Source of the DNA: Octopus bimaculoides
Lineage: Eukaryota
Direction: 5' to 3'
Length of the DNA: 36,434 bases
Assembly (NCBI RefSeq): GCF_001194135.2
Contig: NC_068990.1
Span: 21,242,294-21,278,727, forward strand
Shown: one piece after another, positions 21,982-33,310 of the stretch
Numbering within the stretch: the first letter of the stretch is position 1
Layout of the letters: every line of letters starts with the position of its first letter
Position numbers and translations under genes: made by a program
The notes under the pieces: model-generated
Database searches by the model: none
Told to the model about the DNA's origin: nothing
The model's input: only the letters and a program-made list of their open reading frames with translations

Positions 21982-22191
21982 ACTCTTTTACTCTTTTTAC
22001 TAGTTTCAGTCATTTGACTGGCCATGCTGGAGCACCGCCTTTAGTCGAGCAAATCGACCCCAGGACTTATATTTTGTAAGCCTAGTACTTATTCTATCGA
22101 TATCTTTTGCCGAACCGCTAAGCTACGGGGACGTAAACACACCAGCATCGGTTGTCAAAGTGATGTTGGGGGAACAAACACAGACACACAA

Positions 22192-22254
<63 letters not shown>

Positions 22255-22411
22255 CATATATACGACGGGCTTCTTTCAGTTTCCGTCTACCAAATCCGCT
22301 TACAAGACTTTGCTTGGCCCGAGGCTATAGCAGAAGACACTCGGCCAAGGTGCCACGCAGTGGGACTGAACCCGGAACCATGCGGTTCGTAAGCAAGCTA
22401 CTCCTGCGCCT
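21982..22411 (-). mobile_element. SINE family A full-length, least diverged copy
   Basis: Tail (ACTCTTT)n TACTAGTTTCAGTCATTTGACTGGCCATGCTGGAGCACCGCC; internal (CA)n(TA)n; head with a ~15-nt deletion relative to 1-223. Confidence 0.95.
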
Positions 22412-23742
22412 TCTTCATATGACTTCATATAAAGAAGAAAGCATATGGGCAGACTCATTACTCACGAAGCTTGTGGAGGTCAGCCTCTAGAGATGTAGGA
22501 TATTTTGCCAGTGCTGATCTATGGTTCCAAGTGACCTATGGAGGTTGCTCTATAGTGATGAAAATTGAGATGCTTGACTCACAATGAAAACAACATAATC
22601 TCAGTCAGCTTCGATGAGCTCAAGCCGTTAGAGTAGCGGCAGAAAAGCAGATGGAGGAGAGAGGGGGAAGGAAAGAGGAAGAGCGAGGGGGAAAATAGAA
22701 GGAGTGACAGAGAGGGGGGAATGGAGGGAGTCTAGAGAGAGGAAGAGACAGGGATAGTCCTCGAAGACTATAAACTGAAGGAACGTTTCTTTGGATAATT
22801 ATAGGCTTAATCATTCGGATGGCCCTTTTCTGAGTGTCTGTATGTGTCTGAGTGTCTTATATGTCTGTATGTTTAGCAGCAGTAGCAGCACCGTTCAGAT
22901 TTAAGATATATATTATATTGTAAACATCACTCGAACTTTGTTTAGTGGCAATAAATGCTGGAGTTTGAAATATCTTCTTCATCTGAAGTGGAAAACCTCT
23001 CAGTGCCCTGCAGTCCTAATTCTGCTCAGAATGTGCCTTCGTCAAGAGGTGGACAGGACATATTTTCCTGGTGTCCATTCATCATATATGATACACATCC
23101 CCAATTGACTTCAAACACCAGAGTAACTTGGGACTTATGAAAGGGGAGTTTTATATTACTCAGTATGTATGAAACAAGGGTGAACTAAAAGTCTGAAAAT
23201 AAGCATGGGCATTTAGGACGAATTGAGGAAAATCATTTGGACAGGCTAAAGCTTAAAGTGTTTTTCTTAAATTATTGCTTAGTAAAGGCGTGATAGGCGG
23301 CGTGCGTAACTGCCGTTTTTCCTTCAAGACCGTCGAGACTGGTGAGTAGAAGGGATATTCTCTGCTGATCACACAAACTGTAAAAATATCAGTCAAACCT
23401 ATTGAAAACTATACCTGACTGTCTTACAATTTGGAATAGGAAATAGGATTTTTTCTGCTGTTTCTGCTGCTGATATATTTGTTGCTGTTCTGCTTGTTTT
23501 GGCCACATGCTCAGTTACTATAGAGATAAATCAAAATATAAACAACGTCTATAGATGTGTGGAAGGCGGTTTATGGCGGTTTTGTGGTTGATAGTCGTGA
23601 GTAATTTAATTGTTCCTCTTTATATTTTAAGTTTATGCCTTATTTTTGTCGTGTCTGATTTTAATTTTTCGGGAACATTATTTCTCAGCTGTATATTCGA
23701 TACATTATTTACATTATTTACATTTGACGGATATTAAATATA

Positions 23743-23869
23743 CAGGGTGTCCAAAATGTCTGGGTTCATGGGGATTAACACATACTTTAAAAAATTATTA
23801 TTTCTCATATTTAATTGTTTGTGTTATGATTTTATTTACTCCATGTAGCCAGACCTTGTGGACACCCTG
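23743..23869. mobile_element. 127-bp Tc1/mariner-type MITE
   Basis: TA|CAGGGTGTCCAAAATGTCTGG ... CCAGACCTTGTGGACACCCTG|TA: 21-bp TIRs with 2 mismatches, TA TSD on both sides, AT-rich core. Confidence 0.88.
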
Positions 23870-24703
23870 TAGAACTGTATTAGATATTCGATGTACCATA
23901 TTCGCCAAAATATATTTTTATAAAAATAATAATTATCAGTATAAAATTAATTAGGGTGATTAAATTATAGAAATTTCAGAATATTACATAGATTATTTCA
24001 GTTTTCGCTTTCAGAATTCTAGATCCCAAATTCAAGACAAGGCTTTCGAAAAATAGATTTTAATATCTGTGATAAGTAATGTACATGACATTCGTGGTTT
24101 CGGTTTGTTTACTTATTCTGTATTCTTCGCCTCAAATTATGTCATGTTCCTTTGCGGGAGACCGTTTTTTTATATTGAGAGCATACCGAGATTAGTAATA
24201 AAACAGATAAGAACAATAGCGGATTAAATAAATCCGGTATTTACTTAAGCTTAAGGTTCTAAGTTCAATCATCACCGGTTTTGAGCTTGCACTTTTTCCT
24301 CCAAGGGATCAATGAAAAAATAACGCTAATAACATATTTAGAGTCAATTCAATCAACAAGGCCCAACCTTTCCCTGACGAAAAATAGCTGGAAGCCAAAG
24401 CTTAATATTATTGGTGCGTTTTATGTCAAAGAATTTGGGTGGGGTAGAGCCATTCGTTTCAATATAAATATTAACGAATTCCACTCTTTTTTGCCGAAGA
24501 ATCGGAATCTTTACCAATAAATCTCTTTACTCTCTGAAATTTTTAAATTTCATCGTAACTGCATGAGAAACAGTAACTTAATTAATTTTTTACTTCAGTT
24601 TAAAGCAGATACAATTTGGATTTCTATGGTAACCGATTCTATGCCATTCTAGAAAGTAACGTTTAATAGTAAGGAGGAGAAGCAGGTGACCTGTTCTTTA
24701 TAG

Positions 24704-24745
24704 AAAAGACAAAAATAAAAGGATTGACAAACACAAAGAAACAGT
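24704..24745 (+). CDS. candidate 42-nt exon
   Basis: CTGTTCTTTATAG acceptor, GT|GTAAGT donor; frame KDKNKRIDKHKET is phase-compatible with 17141-17230. Could be chance. Confidence 0.2.
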
Positions 24746-25214
24746 GTAAGTGACCCAAAAGCTGCTGTTGTTCCTTTGTGTTTTCGACGCTGTTGAACTT
24801 AGTGTTGCAGCTGTTTTTTTCCGATTCATTATCTCCTTGTTACGCACTAATAACTATCAATTGTCCAAGGCATAGTTGCAGATTGTATGCAACAATATAA
24901 AAGTCCTGTTCAAACATCTTGCTGTCACCAAAACTAACTCTCATACACACGCAGCCAGAAGCTCCTACACGAGTTTCTCTTGTTTATTTTTTAACCCCCA
25001 TTCAACACTAGTTGTATTTTATACAAACTCTTTTCTTTTCTATTTGTACAATAGGCTTTTTTAATAATAGTCACTCTGTCAATATTCTTTGATCTTATGA
25101 AAGTTAAATTTAATTTTCCTTCAACTGATATTTAAAATCATATATACAACAAACAAACAAAAAATTCGAAAGGAATTGACGAATAAAACTCCTCAATAAT
25201 TCTATGTACTGCAG

Positions 25215-25545
25215 CTGAGCATTAAGTTTATAAAATGAATTTTTTATCCGACCCACCCGTGTATCTTTAAAGCGTTGAATCTGAAACAACACGAAAGAAC
25301 TATTTTAAAGGACATATTGCTTGCCTAAATCTTTCTTTCATACAAATATGGCGTACAAATAATATTACTTTTCTTCTCCTGAGCATTAAGTTTACAAAAT
25401 GAATATTTTTATCCAACACGCCCGTGCATATTTAAAGCGTTAAATCTAAAACAGAACGGAGGAAGGGGCTTTAAGGGACATATTGCTTGTCAAAATCCTT
25501 TTTTGACTGAAACTTGGTGTAGAAATAACGTTATTTTTCTCCTCT
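25215..25545 (+). repeat. diverged tandem duplication, period 164 bp (2 units)
   Basis: CTGAGCATTAAGTTTA(T/C)AAAATGAAT...TTTAAAGCGTT(G/A)AATCT...GGACATATTGCTTG starts at 25215 and 25379. Confidence 0.9.
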
Positions 25546-25866
25546 TCAAAATATGCCCACCAAATATAAAATAGACTGCCACGGGTAGGAACTTCTGCAA
25601 GGATCTATATACTGCGAAACTGAATAACTTACATGTTTCTTCTTTTTTTTCTTTTTTTGGAAGGGGCTTGTTGTTGATGCTGTTAAACTCCAGTTCAGCT
25701 CGCGTCAGGTTGTGGAGACAAATGAAAAAAGACATTCTTACTTTGAACATTCCTTCGTTTTAGAGATAACTTATATCAGGCTTAATCCATTATCCAAAAT
25801 ACCTTTCCCTTTTCTGAAATTTACAGATTTTGGTAATGTGTAAGAAAAACAATATCAAAAATATAT

Positions 25867-26026
25867 AAGCGCAGGCGCGGATGTGTGGTAAGAAGTTTGT
25901 TTCCAAACCACGTGATACCGGATTCAGTTTCAAAACGTGGTACCTTGGAAAAGTGTCTTCTACTACAACTTCCGGCTGAGTAGATTTGGTTGACGGACAG
26001 AAACTGAAAACAATAGCGTTATATAC

Positions 26027-26101
<75 letters not shown>

Positions 26102-26352
26102 TATATAAATACACACGTGTGTGTACGTGTGTGATGGTGTCTATGTTTGTCCACCACCATCGCCTGACAGCTGGTGTTGGTGTGTTTTTCTCCATTACTT
26201 AAGCGGTTCGGCGAAAGTGACCAACGCTAGAACAAGTACTAGGCTTAAAAAAAAAAAAAGTACTTGGGGCCATGTACTCGACAAATAGATTCTTCAAGGT
26301 GGTGCCCCAGCATGGCCGCAGTCTAATGACTGAAACAAGTAAAAGATAAAAG
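25867..26352 (+). mobile_element. SINE family A full-length, diverged
   Basis: AAGCGCAGGCGCGGATGTGTGGTAAG...AAAAGTGTCTTCTACTA; internal (TATC)n(TA)n; AGCGGTTCGGC...GGTGGTGCCCCAGCATGGCCGCAGTCTAATGACTGAAACAAGTAAAAGATAAAAG. Confidence 0.92.
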
Positions 26353-26656
26353 TTATTTTGTGCACTTTCAATGGTTCTTAGATTTGAAATTAAATCTAAT
26401 CCCACCATGTTTGGATTAGAAGTGGTTAATCCCCCTGTCAATAATTAAGAGCCAGGACACGCCACGCATATTTATTTTTGTTTTTGATAGGAGTTTGGCA
26501 ACTACTTCTGGCAGATCAATTTCCATCAGTTTAGACCAGACCGTCTTACAAGTTTTGACTCAGCATAGCAGCAGCTGAAGCGATGCCATATCACTTAAAA
26601 GTCTATCAACATCATGCTAATTGCAATCAAAATGAAACTGAGTATTTCTCCCCCCA

Positions 26657-26728
<72 letters not shown>

Positions 26729-28211
26729 ATACAAACTCCCCTCATAAATATGTATATGTGTGTGTGTGTATGTGTGTTTATTTAAGCTTATATACATATA
26801 TATAATTGTTGTTTAAAGGTCACAATACATGTCTTCGGGCGCTACTAATAGTTTTATGTGGCTGAAAATCTAAACACGTTCTTCAGCACTTTTCGTGCTT
26901 AATTAAGAACTTTAAATATGGCGTGGGACGTGAGAAAACGAGAGAGTATATATATATATATANNNNNNNNNNNNNNNNNNNNNNNNNNNNNNNNNNNNNN
27001 NNNNNNNNNNNNNNNAATGTATGTATGCATGTATGTATATATGATGTATGTATGTATACATATGTATATAATAGTTATGTGCTGCACTGTATAGCTCAGT
27101 GGTCAATCCCAAGTAACATTTATTTAAAGGTACCAGTAAGACTTTCGGGTTTCCTGCAGACGACGTCTGGTTTTATAAGGCGACCGTATTAGGCTTAGAC
27201 GGTGCGTGATCAATATCTTAGCCTAACGATTATTTAAGCAGCCTAGAATTGCAGGTTCCACACGCACATAGAAAAATGCGGGTACCGGGTGCCTGTAACA
27301 AATCCAGGAAAAAGTCATTATATATAAAGCGCGATAGAGCGTTGATAAACATCGCTCGGCAGTAATAACTGCTACATGGCGCTTGACAGAAGACTTTATC
27401 GTTACTGCCTTTACATGATTTAAGTGCCCTGGGTGGTATGAAAAGCTGGAGATGATTCTAACCAATATTAAAGTGCTAGAGGGCTCGAAGTATTAGTTAT
27501 GTCCTCGGTGTACTACTTCCCAGGCAATGGAACCTTAGCGATATATAAAGCAAGAAATTTGCTAACGTACACTGCAGGTTTAATTGCGATTTTGTGCAGG
27601 AAAGTTTATTCAGCATTTAACGTAAATGTTGAGGTTACGTTTCTAGAAGGCGCACATTGCTCTTTGTTCGAATGATGCAAACAGTGCACAAAGGCATAAC
27701 ACTCAATTATGGTCGAGGTTAAAAAGGAAGTCGTTGGACTCGCTTCTTATTTTCGCTCGAAAATTTAACCAACTCATTCAGTGCTGTTATTGACCAAAGC
27801 CGAGTATTTCTCGACGTTTTAAAGAGCTGACGCTTAGATTTCGGTTGCGCCCAGAAGACAAAGTGGAAGTGGTTTAACGTTAAAGAGCGGAAGACAAGCT
27901 TTTGTGCATCAGTTGTGCGACCAGTCAGGACTATGTGGTAGTAGTTATCAGTGACAGAATGATGAGACTACCATATTGAGATCTGCAGCATTTTCGACAT
28001 TTTATCATCTATGAAGATCGATTTAAGATTGACTACGCTGTGGGTTGTCGCCAAGTAAGAAATAAAATGAGAAACTAAACTCTAAGATTACGTTCATATA
28101 AATCAATCACCAATCGATCGGTCTGAACGAAAGCTTCTTCGAAGTCGAGATTCGAATAATTATGAGGGCACAGCGAGCGACATTTAGTACAGATTCCCTG
28201 GTGGATGGACT

Positions 28212-28269
28212 ATAGGGGCATAGGGACATAGGGGCATAGGGGCATAGGGGCAAAGGGGCATAAGGGCAT
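28212..28269 (+). repeat. 8-bp G-rich minisatellite (ATAGGGGC) x ~7
   Basis: ATAGGGGC ATAGGGAC ATAGGGGC ATAGGGGC ATAGGGGC AAAGGGGC ATAAGGGC. Confidence 0.92.
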
Positions 28270-28367
28270 TAAATCATTTTTTGTAATACTCTATTGATTC
28301 TATAAATGTCTCGTGTAATATGATACAATGCGGACGACATGGTGCTTGAAAATAAAACAGGTATACG

Positions 28368-28384
28368 CACACACACACACACAG

Positions 28385-28436
<52 letters not shown>

Positions 28437-28780
28437 GCACACACATATATATGAAACACAGATAGACTGAGGTACACTACAGCTGTTTCAGATGTGTTCT
28501 TTGTTCATGAACAAATCAATTACTTTATTTAAAAGAACAAAAACCGTTTTCTTCAGGTTAAGAGTAAAATTTTACATCTCGGTTTTTTTTTCACACAGAT
28601 AGAATATGATGCATATTAACGCTTTCACCTCGGTTCCAGCTGCTATTTATATACCTTGGTCAGACTGAACCCTGAAAACGTTATCATACATACATACATA
28701 CATACATGCATGCATACATACATACATACATACATACATGCATGCATGCATACATACATACATACATACATACATACATA
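28368..28780. repeat. (CA)n tract (28368-28450) and (CATA/CATG)n tract (28686-28780)
   Basis: Direct reading. Confidence 0.9.
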
Positions 28781-28854
28781 CGTGTGCGTGTATATAAGTG
28801 GGTGGGGGTGCGTGTATAGATTCACAAATTGGCTATGGTGGATTTTTGTAATTC

Positions 28855-29509
28855 TAAGGGGCATTCGCACGTGTAGGCAATGTCATGTTTCTATGGAAGA
28901 TACGCCTGTGATTAGCAGCTGTCCTAAAATGAAGCCATGGTACTATCTCCCTATGCAGTATGATATTGTTGTTAAAATATTTTACATCCGCCAAAAGGAC
29001 TGTCCTGAAATCAACTCAGAAAATCCCTTTCTTATGGAATACATTGATAAACACCAACTCAAGGAATACTGGTGGAACATTCCCATCAAAACGTCTGTCA
29101 AATATAACTATAACAGGCCGGATATTGTTGTTTGAGACTGAAGGGCAAATGTATGCACCATCATAGAGGTCAGCTGCCCTTCAGATATAAATATCTCTCT
29201 GAAAATCAAAGAAAAAGATATCTATGGACAACTGCCTCGAAACCTTTAGCTTCTATATAATAATTGGAACACTAGGTTTTGTTAGTAAATGCTTCAAGGA
29301 GAATCTGCATAAACTGGGATTTTCAGAAAGAGTAATCGACCAGCTAATTCGTACATTACATGAGAAATCTGTGAGAGGAACAGTAAATATATGCAAGACT
29401 TTCTCAAGTTCTAAATGTGAATTTGTCTGTGTTAACTACATCCCAAGGACTGAGTGTTGTATCTTTGTTGAAAACCGTCTCTCGTCTCAAAGTAAGATTT
29501 ATAATAATT
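28855..29509 (+). mobile_element. second, distinct 5'-truncated RLE (R4-like) non-LTR retrotransposon relic
   Basis: CRQCHVSMEDTPVISSCPKM (knuckle); YYLPMQYD (cf. RHD); EYWWNIPIKT..NRPDIVV*D; IIEVSCPSDINISLKIKEKDIYG; IIIGTLGFV; GTVNICKTF(LKF*) with frameshift; 3' UTR ending ATAATAAT. Confidence 0.88.
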
Positions 29510-30005
29510 AAAAAGTAGAAGAGACATACATACATAAATTTAACTAAATACACGTGCATGCACGTATATATTATATATAAATATACTTAAGCTCATAACT
29601 CGAAATCCATAGTCATACACATGCACATTGATGCATTCACGATGCGTGTATCAATCTATTCAAGAATACCTTGATGCAGAAATCTATGCTCGCTTTGACT
29701 CATGCATATGAAAATCTATTCACTGTTATCTCCCGTGTCTTCTTTACGCAAGCATTTGAAGTTACGTGTATACATTCGTACAGATATAATGTACGCTCAA
29801 GAATCCACACAATTGTGTATGAGTTCAGGAAGACTAGAACACTAACAGACTCATACATCTATATTATACACACATGGTCTACATGAGCATCAATATGCAG
29901 AACGTACGGTTCATTTTCCCAGTTCAATAAAGCTAGTGGTTCGAAGAGGTGGAAAAGGGATTATGTTATAGAAACGAAGAAAACTATCATCAATCTTTCT
30001 GCCTG

Positions 30006-30089
<84 letters not shown>
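30006..30089. repeat. (TATC)n adjoining gap 30090-30908
   Basis: Direct reading. Confidence 0.95.
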
Positions 30090-31199
30090 NNNNNNNNNNN
30101 NNNNNNNNNNNNNNNNNNNNNNNNNNNNNNNNNNNNNNNNNNNNNNNNNNNNNNNNNNNNNNNNNNNNNNNNNNNNNNNNNNNNNNNNNNNNNNNNNNNN
30201 NNNNNNNNNNNNNNNNNNNNNNNNNNNNNNNNNNNNNNNNNNNNNNNNNNNNNNNNNNNNNNNNNNNNNNNNNNNNNNNNNNNNNNNNNNNNNNNNNNNN
30301 NNNNNNNNNNNNNNNNNNNNNNNNNNNNNNNNNNNNNNNNNNNNNNNNNNNNNNNNNNNNNNNNNNNNNNNNNNNNNNNNNNNNNNNNNNNNNNNNNNNN
30401 NNNNNNNNNNNNNNNNNNNNNNNNNNNNNNNNNNNNNNNNNNNNNNNNNNNNNNNNNNNNNNNNNNNNNNNNNNNNNNNNNNNNNNNNNNNNNNNNNNNN
30501 NNNNNNNNNNNNNNNNNNNNNNNNNNNNNNNNNNNNNNNNNNNNNNNNNNNNNNNNNNNNNNNNNNNNNNNNNNNNNNNNNNNNNNNNNNNNNNNNNNNN
30601 NNNNNNNNNNNNNNNNNNNNNNNNNNNNNNNNNNNNNNNNNNNNNNNNNNNNNNNNNNNNNNNNNNNNNNNNNNNNNNNNNNNNNNNNNNNNNNNNNNNN
30701 NNNNNNNNNNNNNNNNNNNNNNNNNNNNNNNNNNNNNNNNNNNNNNNNNNNNNNNNNNNNNNNNNNNNNNNNNNNNNNNNNNNNNNNNNNNNNNNNNNNN
30801 NNNNNNNNNNNNNNNNNNNNNNNNNNNNNNNNNNNNNNNNNNNNNNNNNNNNNNNNNNNNNNNNNNNNNNNNNNNNNNNNNNNNNNNNNNNNNNNNNNNN
30901 NNNNNNNNAAATAAATAAAAAAGAGAGCACATTCGCTCTCATGTGTCTATTCCCTGCTGAGGTTACCATGGTCTTTTCCGTAGGCTTTTCTCTCCATGGA
31001 TAAACCTAATGTTACCCCATTTTACACAATTTACATTTTCTGTGATATACGATACACCATTTTTTTTTTTGGCCTCTACCGATCCCTTTTGATCGGAGCT
31101 TTTTTTTTTTTTTTTAAAGAAAAGCTCTACAGTTGTATTTGTCCCCTCTGTGTGCAGCCCTGTGTGGCTAATAAAAGAAAGTTATCTATTTATCTATCT

Positions 31200-31555
31200 A
31201 TCTATATATCTATCTATCTCTCTCACCATTTCAGCTTTCGTTGAAATCATATGCATGACGTTAATTTACTTCTTTACCAAGACTTACTTCATCACGCCTA
31301 AAAGAAGTACCTCTCCTCAAACTTCTTCCACGTTGTCTGTCACTGGCCAGTCGTGGCCATGTAAGTCCTAGATAGCGGGTGAGATCGTCTCACCATCTTG
31401 TCTTTGATCAGTCTCTGGATCTTACCCATTGTCTTGGTATCCATTCTGTCACCCTGACTGTCTCTCTGTTGTCCTTAAGTCCTGCTGTATTGCGAGCCCA
31501 GCTATATTTTTTCTCCTTGATGGTTCTGATACTGTCGTTGACTCTCGTATGCTGC
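31200..31555 (-). mobile_element. RTE-clade LINE extreme 3' fragment
   Basis: Minus strand QHTRVNDSIRTIKEKKYSWARNTAGLKDNRETVRVTEWIPRQWVRSRD*SKTRW*DDLTRYLGLTWPRLASDRQ matches RTE KWxWAGH..DNRWT..EWxPR..RGRPxxRWxDD..W..A.DR; runs into (GATA)n. Confidence 0.85.
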
Positions 31556-32144
31556 ATAACATAACCCAAGGCAAATATACTTGCTTTCTTTTAAGGGTAA
31601 ATCTTCGATCCTATTCGGAGGCCCCTTTGAGTTATATATTTACTCTTCCTAGATTCCGTAATCTAAGCTTCTTTAATACATATATATTGTTATATTTCTC
31701 ACAAGGCTGAATAGTTTCGTTAAAACTATTTCCGTCTACTTTTTTTTTTTTTAGTCTTCAGAGACAAAACGATATATTCTTTTGTCTACATCATATTACA
31801 AACGTTTCCACTCCACTAAACTCGATTTCATTTGAATATATTACAAATATTTTCTCATTATTTTCTTTCAGTCTGTTATATCTATTTATTACCGTGACTT
31901 CCATTTTTAGCGGAATTTTCTTTCAATTTTTGCAATCCATTAACAGACATGCATTATTCCACTTCTATTCTCCTTTCTGTTTCATTTCTTTCCTTTTTTT
32001 CCTTTCACATTTCTATAGACTCCTCTCCATATTTATATTTTAATACCATTTCTTCTAATCTCATCGTTCTTTCCACATAGAGTGAATTAGTCTTCATTAT
32101 TCCTCACCTTCCGGTCAATATAGTTATATTTATACCATATTTTC

Positions 32145-32257
32145 CTCCTCTTCCTCCTCCACATCATCATCATCATCATCATTATCATCATCGTCATCAT
32201 CACCATCATCATCATTATTATTATTATAATCATCACCATCGTCGTCGTCATCATCAT

Positions 32258-32298
<41 letters not shown>

Positions 32299-32303
32299 TA
32301 TCA

Positions 32304-32342
<39 letters not shown>

Positions 32343-32349
32343 TCATCAT

Positions 32350-32394
<45 letters not shown>

Positions 32395-32397
32395 TAC

Positions 32398-32463
<66 letters not shown>
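32145..32463. repeat. compound (CAT)/(CGT)/(CAC)/(TAT) trinucleotide array
   Basis: Direct reading. Confidence 0.95.
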
Positions 32464-32464
<1 letters not shown>

Positions 32465-32794
32465 TGTAGAATTTCGTGTTTTACGTGTGCGATTTCGTGT
32501 ATACATACAAAAAAACAAAAAACTATTAAGATGCTAACGCGTTCACTTTAACCTAGCATCTTCAGAGAATCCGTTTATTCTAAGGAAAACACCAGATCAT
32601 CAAGTGCATCGATATTAACATCAAAATTTATACCATGCACTGAACATGAATGTATTAAGTCAACCGTTTGTTATTATTATGTCGGTGTTCCCAGTTACCA
32701 TGACCACAGGCTGTTTGGCTGAGTGGCGTGTACATTACAGAACGGTGTTTGAAAAGAAGCCTATACTAAGAAGAATGAAATACGGAACAGCAAA

Positions 32795-33014
32795 GTTGCA
32801 GGGAGCTGGCAGAATCGTTAGCACGCAGAGCAAAATGCTTAGCGAGCATTTCGTTTCTCTGTATCTTCTAAGTTCAAATTCCGCCGAGGTTGACGTTGCA
32901 TTTCAGCTTTTCGGTGTTGATAAAATAAGTACCAGTTGAGCATTAGGGCCGATGTAATCGACAGACCCCCCACCCCGAGGTTGCTATTCTTGTTCCAAAA
33001 TTTGAATTCAGTAT
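32795..33014 (+). mobile_element. SINE family B full-length
   Basis: GAGCTGGCAGAATCGTTAGCACG...AAGTTCAAATTCCGCCGAGG...GATAAAATAAGTACCAGTTGAGCA...TTCCAAAATTTGAA. Confidence 0.9.
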
Positions 33015-33199
33015 TTTAATAAATGTTCGAAGGTGTCGTTGTTGAAACCGAAACGTGTTTCCACTTTCTTTTTATCCTCTATAATATAGTCCCGAGGATT
33101 CATAAAGATTTGCGACGCTATACGGCTTCCTGACCTCACCCGAAAACCTATCTCACTTTCGTCACTTCGCTATTTGTCGCGCATTCGTATCGCATCACA

Positions 33200-33310
33200 A
33201 AGCTGGCGGTGAATTGGTAGAGGCGTTAGAGCATCGGGCAGAATATTTTCCAGTATTTCTTCCGGCTCTCAGTGACCTGAGTTCCAATCCTGCTGAAATC
33301 TCTTTGGCCA
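33200..33310 (+). mobile_element. SINE family B head remnant, old
   Basis: GGCGGTGAATTGGTAGAGGCGTTAGAGCATCGGGCAGAAT...GAGTTCCAATCCTGCTGA. Confidence 0.6.

Noticed and set aside
22480-22600. ILPVLIYGSK peptide resembling RTE LPVLLYGSETW
   Set aside because: Single short motif with no collinear support.
26490-26620. Strong acceptor TTTTTGTTTTTGATAG followed by coding-looking sequence
   Set aside because: The two longer frames I translated stop within ~90 nt and there is no good donor; the minus-strand RT-like peptide is too weak.
27091-27170. tRNA-like start TAGCTCAGTGGT
   Set aside because: No B box or cloverleaf follows.
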